This document shows, one piece after another, positions 1 to 12,799 of a DNA stretch of 64,000 bases. The notes below the pieces were generated by a model. It saw only the letters and a list, made by a program, of their open reading frames with translations, searched no databases and had not been told where the DNA came from. Source of the stretch: the human T2T-CHM13v2.0 reference genome, Homo sapiens; the NCBI RefSeq assembly GCF_009914755.1, contig NC_060931.1, one strand, 5' to 3'. The position numbers and the translations under genes are program-made. The stretch's first letter is position 1. Each line of letters opens with the position of its first letter.

Positions 1-469
1 GAACTGATACTTAATTCTTGGCAATTTCCCTAGGCCGAGCTCTTTTTCTTGTCTAAACACCAATATTCTGGTTTGTACTTCTGTGTACAGGGTCAATCAC
101 ATCTGCCTGCTCCTCTTCACCTTAGTCAAACCTCATCCTCTCAAATCTATCCTCACATGGGCCTCTGGCCTTCTGATCTGGCCTTTGCCCTTTGTCTCCC
201 TAGACTCAAGGCATCATTTCGTTTTTCTCTTGTTAATTATCTTTACCCAACTGGTTTACAAGGCAAGTTGTTCACATCTGTTCTACCTCCTACCTAACCA
301 AACTATCTCCATGGACTGCACTGCTCTGAGGCTGCTTAAGTAACAATGAAGCCAACCCTTCATTAGCAGAGAAAATAAAACCAAGCTGTGTCAGTTGTGA
401 ATGTCTGGTCTAGCAGTTTTCAGCATCCTTATATTCTTAGAGATTTAGTATATGATTGGAGGGAAAGGT

Positions 470-665
470 TGACTGTAGACATAGATTACCTGGAGTCAAA
501 TCCTGGGTCTGCAACTTGGTAGTTGTGGAAACTTAGACAAATGAAGTGCCTCCGCATTACCATTTGTAAAGTTGGAGTAATATTCTCCGATTATTAAATA
601 AGCTAATATAAATAAAGCCCTTAGAACAATACCTGATACATAGAAAGACTCAAATTAGTATTTGT
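470..665 (+). mobile_element. MIR SINE relic
   Basis: MIR core-like text: cctggagtcaaatcctgggtctgc...catttgtaaagttggag...aaagcccttagaacaatacctgatacatag. Confidence 0.75.
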
Positions 666-807
666 TCTAGTTACTTACTCTAATATTCATGTTTAACTTC
701 TTTGAACATAGTCATTACTAAACAAATACGTATGGGAAAATTTAGAGTGAATATTAAATAATAAAATAACAAAAGTAAAAAAGTTATGTCTTGGATGAAT
801 GTGTAAG

Positions 808-938
808 TTCATTCCCTCCTTTATTAAATATTTATTGAGTTTCTGTGATGAGGCAGTCACTGTGCTAGCTACTGGGCAGATGACTGGGAATGAGATAAAT
901 GAAGCCTTTGCCCTTATGCACTTACATTATAATGGAGC
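808..938 (-). mobile_element. L2 LINE 3' end relic
   Basis: aaatatttattgagt...cactgtgctag...gcccttatgcacttacatt resembles the antisense L2 terminus. Confidence 0.65.
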
Positions 939-1301
939 TTAAATTTGAATTGATGAAGGAATACATCAGTGGCTTTGTGAATGCCAAGGCATATGATTGT
1001 AACCTTTATTCTGAAGTGGCTTTCTCTTTGCCAGATAAGAAAAGGCATCTTCGGGCATGGTCAACTATTTTGGAAATTCTGCCTCTGTTCTTTGTGACCT
1101 TGGAAGATGATTCATAATTGTATATTTATTAATCATGATAAAAATTGCTGACTCATTTTATAAGATTCAATTTTAATAAAACTTCATACGTGATGCTTCA
1201 CATCAGCATAGCAAATAAAATATTAGCCCTGATAAAATATTCACTTTTTTGGTTTTGCTTCATTATTCTACAAAAAACCCCCATAATGTTATTTTTAATT
1301 A

Positions 1302-1356
1302 TTAGATTGGTGCAAAAGTAGTTGCAGTTTGTGCCATTACTTTTGCACCAACCTAA
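1302..1356. mobile_element. MADE1 (Hsmar1-derived MITE), internally deleted, 55 bp
   Basis: TIRs ttagattggtgcaaaagta / tacttttgcaccaacctaa with TA on both sides. Confidence 0.9.
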
Positions 1357-1650
1357 TATATATTTTACAACACATGTTTATTGATAGACTTCCAATAATA
1401 CATAAAATAATAAAGTAAAACATCAATGGAAATCCAATTATCATGAGATTTAATAAACACTATTAATATGTTGTGATTTTCTTTTCATGAATCCCTTATG
1501 CACTCATGTAAAAATTTTACATAAATGGAATGATATTACATAAGAAGTTTTAGCCATTAATACTTTTCTTTCTTTTTTTTTCTTCTTTTTCATTTTGCCT
1601 CTATGAACAGTGCTGAAACAAACATCTTATGTATTGATGCTTTCACTTCT

Positions 1651-1960
1651 TTTTTTTTTTTTTTTTTTTTTTTTTGAGACAAGAGGGTCTCATTCTGTCG
1701 CCCAGACTGGATTGCAGTGGCTCGATCTCCATGAACTGCAACCTCCGCCTCCCAGGCTGAAGCCATTCTCCTGCTTCAGCCTCCCGAGTAGGTAGGATTA
1801 CAGGCATGCACCACCACGCCAGGCTAATGTTTGTATTTTTAGTAGAGACAAGGTTTTACCATGTTGACTAGGCTGGTCTGGAACTCCTGACCTCAAATGA
1901 GCCATCCACCTCGGCCTCCCAAAGTGCCGGGATTATAGGCATGAGCCACCGTGCCCAGCA
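1651..1960 (-). mobile_element. Alu (AluS/J type)
   Basis: Full dimer with poly-T. TSD tgatgctttcacttct (1635-1650) / tgaggctttcacttct (1961-1976). Confidence 0.95.
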
Positions 1961-2055
1961 TGAGGCTTTCACTTCTATAGGTTAAATTCCAAAAGTAGGA
2001 TTGCTAGGCCAAGGGGTATATATAGTTTTAATTTGTATTGACATTGCCCAGTCGC

Positions 2056-2658
<603 letters not shown>

Positions 2659-3779
2659 CCCAGTTGCTTTTCTGAGTAGTCATATCAACTGACAGTCTAC
2701 CAGCAATTTATGAGAGTTCTCATTGCTCCGTTGCCTTACTAATGCTTGGTATGTTGAGGCCTTTAATTTTTTAAAGCAATTTATTGAGTGTAATAGTATC
2801 CCATCTTAATTTAGATTTATATTTCCCTGATTCAATCTTCTCTGAATTACCTATTCATTTTGGAGGGGTTCACTGAACTTTCTAAATAGAAGGGCTTTTG
2901 TCTTTCATAAAATCCAGAAAATATCTGTAATTATCTCTTCTAATGTTGTTTCTCTTTTATTCTTCCTCTTATATGCTATTAGTTATAGAACTTTTCACTC
3001 AATCCACTATGCCACTTAACCTTTCATATTTTCTATCTTATTTGTCTCTCTCTGATATTTCTGTGTACTCTGTTGATACCTCAGTTCACTAGTTCTTTCT
3101 TCAGTTATCCCTAAGCAAAAATATCCTTTCTATTAAGTTTCTAATTTCAGTCCTGTAGTTCTTTTTAGTAGACTTACCTGATTTTTTTTCAGATCAGCTA
3201 GTTAATTTTTGGTAGACTTTCAGTCTTCATTTTACTTTTAGTACCATCTTTTATTCCAATAAACACATTAGGCATTTTTACCTTATTTTGTAATCTATGT
3301 ATGTTATTTAAAATCTGTAGTCTGTGTGCATATTGTTTTGCAGAAATCTTTTTGTTTGTAATTGTAATCTTTTAAAAATGTTATTTGCAAGAGGAAGGTT
3401 AAGTATTTTGCCATATCATTGGAAAATAAAGATAATTTTTTTAATTTTTCCTAATATTGATACCAGTTATTTATGTTTCCTTCCTAACTGCATTTAGAAA
3501 TAGCTCCACAACAATACTGAATGTTATTAAAAATAGTAGCATTCCTCTCTTATTTCTGATATTTTCTCTATTTAATCATATCTACTACTCCCTCTTGGAA
3601 ATTCTGAGTGCTAACAGACTTTGTAAATAAACAGCCGACATTCATCACAATCCACAAAATGCAAACAAAACAATACATTTAGTATCTAGCAGTCATCTTC
3701 AAGGAATTGCATGTGCATGGCATCATTTAAACATTTTTTAAAAAAACAAAGAAAATTAAACAAAAATACACAGAAAATT

Positions 3780-5955
3780 TTTAAAAAGTTAGTTATTCTG
3801 CCTTAAATTCTACAAAAAAGACAAGAAAGATGATTGAAAAACATAAATGCACAAGGATAAAGCCAACGTGAGAAGACAGTACTACAACAGAGTTTGGGAA
3901 ACTAGAAAGCAGGTGTATCAATTTACTATGGCTACTTTAAACAATACCTCAAATTTGGTGACTTAAAACAGCGCACATTTATTTTCTTACAGTTCTGGAT
4001 ATCAGAAGCTCAAAGGGTTTCAATAGATTAAACCAAAGTGCTAGCAGGGGTACACTTCCTCAGGAAGCTCTATGATGGAATCTCTTTCCCTGCCTTTTCC
4101 AAATTCTAGAGCTGCATTCCTTGCATTTCTTGGCTCATCACCCCTTCCTCCACCTTCAAAGCTAGCAGCAAAGTATCTTCAATTCTCTGTTTCCATCATC
4201 ATATCACCTTCTTCCTCTTTTGTGGTCAAATCTCTGTCCACCCTCCTCTCATGATTATATTTAGGAAACACCTGGAAAATCCCCCTCTCTGAAGATACTT
4301 AACTGAATTACATATGCAAGGCCCCCTTTTGCCATGTAAAGTAACTCTCTCAGGTTCCATGAAATAGATCTTAGATATCTTTGGGGCACATTATTCAAGC
4401 TATCACTGAGGTAAGAAGCTTAGTACCTCAAAGCTGAAAACTACACTATCAGTAAGGAAAGCAACTGACATTTTTTTCACAGAAAAATGCTAACTGAGGC
4501 TTAGTCATTGAAGGCAGCAGCCAGGTACCTCTGCAACAGAGGGTAATGGGTGGTGTGAAAATTAAGAGAATCGATTAGCTATAGAAGAAGGTACAAGATT
4601 CCACAGATTACTTTCCCAACCCTTTTCTGTCAGGTCACTGCCTCTCTCCCCATGTCATGGAATCAGGGACACTGCACATTGCTAACGGAAAGGGTACCAC
4701 ATGGAAAAAAAGGATATTCATTAACCAATCATTGAAGCCCAGTCACCTTTCCCCAGCTGGATCTAAAAATGCTACATAAGATGTATCAGCCTATCAATAG
4801 TTGGCTAATAAATGAGTATTCTTTGCTTGCGGAAATGTACCAGGAGAATAGGAGAACAGCAGACACTGGGAAAGGCAGATCTCCTGATAAAACCAAATTA
4901 AGCATCATAGAGTAAATCCCACCAGTAGACAGGGCCCACACAGCCACACATACCTTGAAATCAGATTTTTATTGTCTCTGTCTTAAATCTGAATGGAAAG
5001 TCTCATATAGCCAGACATAGAAGAAAGCCTTCATTTAGAGGACTGAAGCAAGCCTCTAACATAAAGGGTGAAGACTTAAGTAAACAAAGGGTGGCAGGGG
5101 GAGAAACTCATCAAAGAAGCAAAAGAATTTTTAAATTTTCTCATAAAAAATGTTGGAACTTCAGAGAGCTGAGAGTTATTGTACTCATAAAATGAGAACA
5201 TGGGGTAATTTGTTTTAATGTCATGAATAGAACCCAAAAATCTTGGGAAATACAATTATTATCATGGTAAAATAAAGTTCAATAAGAAAAGTAAAAAACA
5301 AGTTGAAAAAATCTCTCACAAAGAAAAAAATAGAAAACATTAGAATATTATTCTAGGACTTAAAACACTGAACACTTAGAATTACAGAAAGAAAGAAGAG
5401 AGAAGATGGAGAAGAAAAAAATAAAGAAAATGTTTAAAAATGTTTCAGGCTGAAAGATTTGAAGTTTCACATTGAGAGGGATCATCAAGAGTTCAATACA
5501 ATGGTTACACAAGACCCATGGAAAACTACCTCACTGAGAAATTTCAGAACACTGATTACAAAGTGAAGTCCTAGAAGCTTCTGAAGAGAAGTCAGAAGAG
5601 TCCACATTCAGAAATCAAAATTACATCAGACCCTCAATAGAAATGTTAGAAGCTAGACAATAATGGTGTGATATCTTCAAAATTCTGAGAGAAAGTGATT
5701 TCCAACTAAGACTTGTATACCCAGCCAAACTATTTTTTTAATCAGACACAGCAGTTCAAATGAAGGCATGCAACTTTTCAATAATTTTACCACTCACACA
5801 GTCTCTCTCAGGAAGCTAGAGGAGGATATAATTGACTAAAATAAGGTGATTCACTAAGGAAGAGCAAAACAGGTGACCCAAGCAAGAAAGGATCCATTAA
5901 AAATATTTCAAAATAAAGACATGATATGAATTCCAAAAAATATGGCAATAAAATC
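3780..5955 (+). mobile_element. Ancient L1M/HAL1-type 5' and ORF1 region, interrupted by MLT1D
   Basis: Degenerate ORF1 C-terminal text: atcttcaaaattctgagagaaagtgatttccaactaagacttgtatacccagccaaacta. Confidence 0.65.
3914..4407 (-). mobile_element. MLT1D-like solo LTR (ERVL-MaLR)
   Basis: tgtatc...gacttaaaacag...ttacagttctgga...ttttgccatgtaaagtaac...ttattcaagcta. Reverse-complement similarity to the copy at 21707. Confidence 0.85.
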
Positions 5956-5961
5956 CTAGAA

Positions 5962-6198
5962 CAAGTTTTTTTCTCAACTGAGGGTAATTTTGTCCCCCAG
6001 GGGATATATGACAATGTATAGAAACAGTTTTGTTATCACAAGTACAGGAGTGGAGGAGAGTGCTACTGTCAGCTAGTGGATTGGTGGATAGAGGCCAGGG
6101 ATGCTGCCAAACATCCTACAACGTGCAGGACAATCTCCTGCAATAAATAATAATGCAGCTCAAAATGTCAATAGTGCCAAGGAAGTTGAGAAACCCAG
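5962..6198. mobile_element. MER20 (hAT-Charlie)
   Basis: ttctcaac...tagaggccagggatgctgccaaacatcctaca...gttgagaaaccc. 8-bp TSD tcctagaa/tcctagta. Confidence 0.9.
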
Positions 6199-6770
6199 TC
6201 CTAGTAAACAGTAGCTGTGCAACAGACTGAAACAGGAACCAGGGCAACTTAAGGGTAAAAGACTTAGAATTAATTTTGTGGTCAGTTTAGAACCACTGAC
6301 TTATTAGAGCTAAGCCTCAGAAAGTAGCTTTCAACAAATACAAAAAATTATGACATAATGTGAGCAATGCAGTTAAAGAGCCAGGCAGAAAGAACTTGGG
6401 GACACAACTAAGCTACATTCCTTGGTCCTGATCACTTCATTACTAATTTTTGGCCTAACATAAAAGATTCTTCATGACCTTGCCATGAACTAACATTCCA
6501 ATTTTATCTCCTGTCAGTTTCCTCCACTATACAATTTATGGGCTTCTGAACACACATCAATTTAATTCTCCATCATTGCACATACCATTTTTCATCATGA
6601 ATATCTCTGTCTACCTTGTCCTCTCAAGGAATTTATCACCATCTCCAAAACTAAGCTCCAAAACTCAATAAAGTATGAATCAATTAAAAATGAATAAAAT
6701 GGCTTCTAAATAATAGTACATTGTTATGTCATTTTGAATATATATTCATAATGTAAATAATTTGTATATA

Positions 6771-7182
6771 TATTAGTTAAGAGAATTTCAGCTACTATAA
6801 TCAAGCTTCCCCAAAATGTACAATAGCTCAGGCAAAATAGAAATTTTTTGCTAACATGAAATCCAAATCATTGATAAATAGGATCCTCTCCTCACAGGAG
6901 TAATTCAGAGTTCCAGGTACCCTTTATTTTATAGTTCCACCCTCTTGACTTCTCATTTTAATTTGTTCATCAGCATTAAGTGAATGGATGGGTAAAAGTA
7001 TGCAGAATAATGTGCAGGAGTTTTTATGGTCCAGGTCTGGGTTCATTGCACACATCACTTTTTCTCACTGTGTATCAGCTACATGACTGCACATAACTGC
7101 AAGGAAAGCTGAGAAATACTGTCTACCTGCATGCCCAAACAGAAGAGGAAATAGAAGGTAAATAGCTAGCCAGTCTCTGACA
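6771..7182 (-). mobile_element. Old MLT1 (J/K-like) LTR
   Basis: cacatcactt...acataactgcaaggaaagctgagaaat...tgcccaaacagaagaggaaa. Confidence 0.7.
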
Positions 7183-7646
7183 TTGCATGGTTCTAAAAAG
7201 CCTTTCTAGCAATGTTCAGAAACAAACAAATGAAGTACAAGGAAATTTGATTATGTGTAAGGCACATTTACAATAATTGACTGTCACATAGTTGTTGAAA
7301 TCACAGAACAAAATGACAGTAAATGGAAACATTAAGATAGAAACATGAAAGAATATAGGAAAGGTCCCTGAGTTGCAAGATATAAAATGAAGGAAGCAGG
7401 ACAGGTGAGTAAATAGTGTCAATTTCATACAATGAGATGCTGTTAGAAATGGTGGACAGCTGTGAGTTAAATACTACCATATATAGCAAGAGGATGCTCC
7501 TCTTCCTCCTGTGAGTCAGGAGCATTAGAAGAAAAAGCTTTATTATCAAAAGTTAAAAAACAAAACAAAACAAAAAACTAGAAAGCCACTGTTGTCAAGG
7601 AGGTGAGAAAGATGCAAAAATGGCATGTGGATAATAGAAACATTGA

Positions 7647-9049
7647 TACTATATTCTCTTTGTAGCAATTGTGAAGGGGACTTTGCTCATGATTTGGCTT
7701 TCTGTCTATTATTGGTGTATAGGAATGCTTGTGATTTTTGCACATTGATTTTGTATCCTGAGACTTTGCTGAAGTTGCTTATCAACTTAAAGAGTTTTTG
7801 GGCTGAGACAATGGGGTTTTCTAAATATACAATCATGTTATCTGCAAACAGAGATAATTTGATTTCCTCTCTTCCTATTTGAATGTCTTTTATTTCTTTC
7901 TCTTGCCTGATTGATTGCTCTGGCCAGAACTTCCAATACTATATTGAATATGAATGGTAAGAGAGGGCATCCTTGTCTTGTGCCAGTTTTCAAAGAGAAT
8001 GCTTCCAGCTTTTGCCCATTCAGTATGATATTGGCTGTGGGTTTGTCATAAATAGCTCTTATTATTTTGAGATATATTCCATCAATACCTAGTTTATTGA
8101 GTGTTTTTACATGAAGGGTGTTGAATTTTATTGAAGGCCTTTTCTGCCTCTATTCAGATAATCATGTGGTTTTTGTCATTAGTTCTGATTATGTGATGGA
8201 TTACATTTATTGATTTGCATATGTTGAATCAGCTTTGCATCCCAGGAATGGAGCCAATTTGATCGTGGTGGATAAGCTTTTTAATTAACGTGCTGTTGGA
8301 TTTTGTTTGTCAATATTTTACTGAGGATTTTCGCATCGATATTCATCAGGGATATTGGCCTGAAATTTTCTTTTGTTGTTGTGTCTCCGCCAGGTTTTGG
8401 TATCAGGATGATGCTGGCTTCATATAAAATGAGTTATGGAGGAGTCCCTCTCTTTCTATTGTTTGGAATAGTTTCAGAAGGAATGGTACCAGTTCCTCCT
8501 TGTACCTCTCTGCAAGAATGTGGCTATCACTCCGTCTGGTCCTGGGCTTTTTTTGATTGGTAGGCTACTCATTACTGCCTCAATTTTAGAACTTGATATT
8601 GGTCTATTCAGGAGTTCGACTTGTTCCTGGTTTAGTTTTGGGAGGGTGTATGTGTCCAGGAATTTATTCATGTCTTCTAGATTTTCTAGTTTATTTGCAT
8701 AGAGGTGTTTATAGTATTCTCTGATGGTAGTCTGTATTTCTGTGGGATCAGTGGTGATCTCCCCTTTATCATTTTTTATTGTGTCTATTTGATTCTTCTC
8801 TCCTTTCTTCTTTATTAGTCTGGCTAGTGGTCTATTTTGCTAATCTTTTCAGAAGAACCAGCTCCTGGATTCATTGATTTTTTGAAGGGCTTTTCATGTC
8901 TCTATGTCCTTCAGTTCTGCTCTGATCTTAGTTATTTCTTGTCTTCGGCTAGCTTTTGAATTTGTTTGCTCTTGCTTCTCTAGTTCTTTCCATTGTGATG
9001 TTAGGGTGTCAATTTTAGATCTTTCCTGCTTTCTCTTGTGAGCATTTAG
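7647..9049 (-). mobile_element. L1PA7-like element, inverted 5' segment (ORF2 fragment)
   Basis: Minus-strand ORF2 peptide [19 protein letters not shown] (8474-8671). Confidence 0.93.
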
Positions 9050-10827
9050 AAATACAACTTACAAGGGAGGTGAAGGACCTCTTCAAGGAGAACTACATAC
9101 CACTGCTCAAGGAAATAAGAGAGGATACAAACAAATGCAAAAACATTCCGTGCTCATGGATGGGAAGAATCAACATCGTGAAAATGGCCATACTGTCCAA
9201 AGTAATTTATAGATTCAATGCTATCCCCTTAAGCTACCATTGACTTTCTTCACACAATTAAAAAAAAACTACTTCAAATTTCATATGGAACAAAAAAAGA
9301 GCTGGTATAGCCAAGACAATCCTAAACAAAAGGAAGAAAGCTTGAGGCATCACACTACCTGACTTCAAACTATACTATAGGCTACAGTAACCAAAACAGC
9401 ATGGTACTCGTACTAAAACAGATATACAGACCAATGGAACAGAACAGAGGCCTCAGAAATAACTCCACACATCTACAACCATCTGATCTTTGACAAACCT
9501 GACAAAAACAAGCAATGGGGAAAGATTTCCCTATTTAATAAATGGTGTTGGGAAAACTGGCTAGCCATATGCAGAAAACTGAAACTGGACACTTTCCTTA
9601 CACCTTACACAAAAATTAACTCAAGATGGATTAAAGACTTAAACATAAGACCTAAAACCATAAAAATCCTAGAAGAAAACCTAGCCAATACAATTCAGGA
9701 CACAGACATGGGCAAAGACTTCATGGCTGAAACACCAAAATCGATTGCAACAAAAGCCAAAATACACAAATGGGATCTAATTAAACTAAAGAGCTTCTGC
9801 ACAGCAAAAGAAACTATCATCAAAGTGAACAGGCAACCTACAGAATGGGAGACAATTTTTGCAATCTGTCCCTCTGACAAAGGGCTTATATCCAGAATCT
9901 ACAAGGTACTTAAAAAAATTTACAAGAAAAAAACAAACAAGCCCATCAAAAAGTGGGCCAAGGATATGAACAGACACTTCTAAAAAGAACACATTTATTT
10001 GGCTAACAAACATATGAAAAAAAGCTCATCATCACTGGTCATTAGAGAAATGCAAATCAAAACCACAATGAAATACCATCTCACGCCAGTTAGATGGTGA
10101 TCATTAAAAAGTCAGAAAACAATAGATGCTGGAGAGGATGTAGAGAAATAGGAATGCTTTTACACTGTTGGTGGGATTGTAAATGAGTTCAACCATTTTG
10201 GAAGACAGTGTGGCAATTCCTCAAGGATCTAGAACTAGAAATACAATTTGACCCACCAATCCCATGACTGGGTATATACCCAAAGGATTATAAATCATTC
10301 TACTATAAAGACACATGCACACGTATGTTTATTGCAGCACTATTTACAATAGCAGAGACTTGGAACCAACCCAAATGCCCATCAATGATAGACTGGATAA
10401 AGAAAATGTGGCACATATACACCATGGAATACTATGCAGCCATAAAAAAGGACGGGTTCATGTCCTTTTTAGGGACTTGGATGAAGCTGGAAACCATCAT
10501 TTTCAGCAAACTAACACAGGTACAGAAAACCAAACACCGCATGTTCTTACTCATAAGTGGGAGTTGGACAATGAGAACATATGGGCACAGGAAAGGGAAT
10601 ATCACATGCCATTGCCTGTTGGGGGCTGTGGGGCTAGTGGAGGGATAGCATTAGGAGAAATACCTAATGTAGATGACAGGTTGATGGGTGCAACAAACCA
10701 CCATGGCACATGTATACCTATGTAACAAACCTGCACGTTCTGCACATGTATGCCAGAACTTAAAGTATAATAAAAAATAAATAAATATTATTAAGATAAA
10801 TAAAGAAATAAATAAAACTAAAGATAC
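9047..10827 (+). mobile_element. L1PA7-like element, sense 3' segment with 3'UTR and degenerate A-tail
   Basis: ORF2 C-terminal peptides ([19 protein letters not shown]). 3'UTR ttaggagaaatacctaatgtagatgac...aaaccaccatggcac. TSD ataatagaaacattga / ataatagaacactga. Confidence 0.93.
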
Positions 10828-11184
10828 ATAATAGAACACTGAAAGGCATTTTTTAAAATACATGAGAGATTTCTTCATATGGTGTAGAATTGGGTAAGTT
10901 GAATTGTATGAAAAAGAACTGCAGCGTAGGGGAGGTAAGGATTCTGGGTGTGAGGCTTTTATCAAGAAGATCATTTGCTTCATAGAGTTGGATGCAGTGA
11001 CAAAAAAGAGAGATGGAGTAATTTAAATTTATTTTCATGGTTTAATCATGTGACCTTTTATTGTGACCATGTTATTCAAAAGATCAAGTTGTGCATCTCA
11101 AATATATGCAATTCTGGTCAATTATATCTCAATAAAGATGAAAATTATTTGTTTAATTAGGGAACTTTTTTTTAAAAAAAGAAA

Positions 11185-11500
11185 TGCCTGGAATGCGCTC
11201 CTGCTGCTCCTGTTTCTCAGTTAGCAAACTTCCTTCTGATTGAAATTTAAATGTTACTTCACTGAAACTTTTCCTGACGCTCCTGATAATGTCAGCCATA
11301 CAGGATCAGGACCCTATACCTAACCTTGAAGACCTACTCACAATGTTGATTGAACAATTACTAAATTAACTTATTTAATATACATATCCCGCACTAGAAG
11401 AGCTCAGGACACTATCGGTGTTTTACACTATTATGTACTTGGCATCTAGTTATGTATTGTACCCACCAGAGACATGCAATGTAACTGCTGAATGATAAAT
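11185..11500 (+). mobile_element. L2 3' relic
   Basis: tgcctggaatgcgctc...aaatgttacttc...ttttcctgac...cactaga...tgctgaatg. Confidence 0.6.
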
Positions 11501-11872
11501 GTTGGGCAGAGTAGAGTAAGAATCCTCTGTTTCTCCTAATTCTGTGGAATAGTTTGCTTAACACTGTCGTTATTTCTTTATTTGGAACAGCTTCTCAGGG
11601 AAGCCATTTGGTTTTTGGAATATTCTTTAGGGAACATTTTTTGCCTGCCAACTTCATTTTTAAAAATATTTATAGAACCATTCAGCTTTTTAAATTTTTT
11701 TAGTAGCCAAATTTAGTAAAATTCATTTTGTAGTGTAATAGGGGACCTCACTTTTAAAAATCATACACTTTTTGTTTCTTCTTTCCTTCCCCACTCACTT
11801 CCTTCCTTTGAGGGAATGCTCTAGACATTCCCATCTTCTAGCAATTCATGCTTCCCTAATTATGCTCTCGTT

Positions 11873-12265
11873 TAAGAAATACCAAAGGCTAATCTTAAAT
11901 GAGGGAAGGAGACCCCATTGTGGAATCTTCCCGAGTAGGGGTAGTCGTGAACAATGAGTCTACCACCATGCACGGAAGTCAAGGTAAGACCAATAAGCCC
12001 TCAGGAAGATCAATATCCCAAGATAGCCATAGGAACAAGACACACAGACCCTGGATCCTGCACTACTCTTGCATATCTCTCATACCAAGTTTCTCTTTTA
12101 AAACCCTACGGTAAATTTTAAAATTTAAGGTGGTTCTTTAGCGTGATAGTTTACCATTTTCTCAGTATGCTGGCTCTCCAATTAAATCTGCTTATCCTCC
12201 CACCAACCGTCGCCTCTAATGTTTGGCTTGCAGGTAGTGAGCAGTGGAACCTAGGTCCAGTTATA
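11873..12265 (+). mobile_element. ERV1-class solo LTR (MER4-group; subfamily and 5' end uncertain)
   Basis: TATA-like tttaaaaccct, attaaa signal, end gtgagcagtggaacctaggtccagttata. Confidence 0.6.
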
Positions 12266-12323
12266 CCACTAATATTGTGGTTTTATCTATTTCTCCTTGC
12301 ATATGAATTTCAACACCATATGA

Positions 12324-12360
12324 GTGTGTGTGTGTGTATGTGTGTGTGTGTGTGTGTGTG
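12324..12360. repeat. (TG)n microsatellite, one interruption
   Basis: Direct reading. Confidence 0.95.
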
Positions 12361-12397
12361 TTGTCTTTATAGATATTAAGAATATGTTACTAGGTAC

Positions 12398-12779
12398 TGA
12401 CATGGTTTGGCTGTGTGTCCCCACCCAAATCTCATGTTGAATTGTGATCCTGAATGTTGGAGGTGGGTCCTGGTGGGAGGTGATTGGGTCATGGGGGCAG
12501 ATTTTCCCTTTGCTGTACTCGTGATAGTGAGTGAGTTCTCATGAGAACTGATTGTTTAAAAGTATGTAGCACTTCCCTTTTCCCTCTCTCTCTCCTGCCA
12601 TCATGTGAAAATGTGTTTGCTTTCCCTTCACCTTCTGCCATTGATTGTAAGTTTCCTGAGGCCTCCCCAGCCATACCTCCTGTGCAGCCTATAGAGCTTG
12701 AGTCAATTAAAGCTCTTTTCTTTATAAATTATCCATTCTCAGGTAGTTCTTTGCAGCTATGTGAGAATGAACTAATACA
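12398..12779 (+). mobile_element. MSTA solo LTR (ERVL-MaLR)
   Basis: tgacatggtttggctgtgtgtccccacccaaatctcat...actaataca. 5-bp TSD ggtac/ggtat. Confidence 0.92.
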
Positions 12780-12799
12780 GGTATCTACAAATGTAAAAA

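Noticed and set aside
1-345. Possible old LTR ending in taaca, with two overlapping ORFs
   Set aside because: Cut by the window edge and I cannot assign a family; the ORFs lack ATG starts or homology
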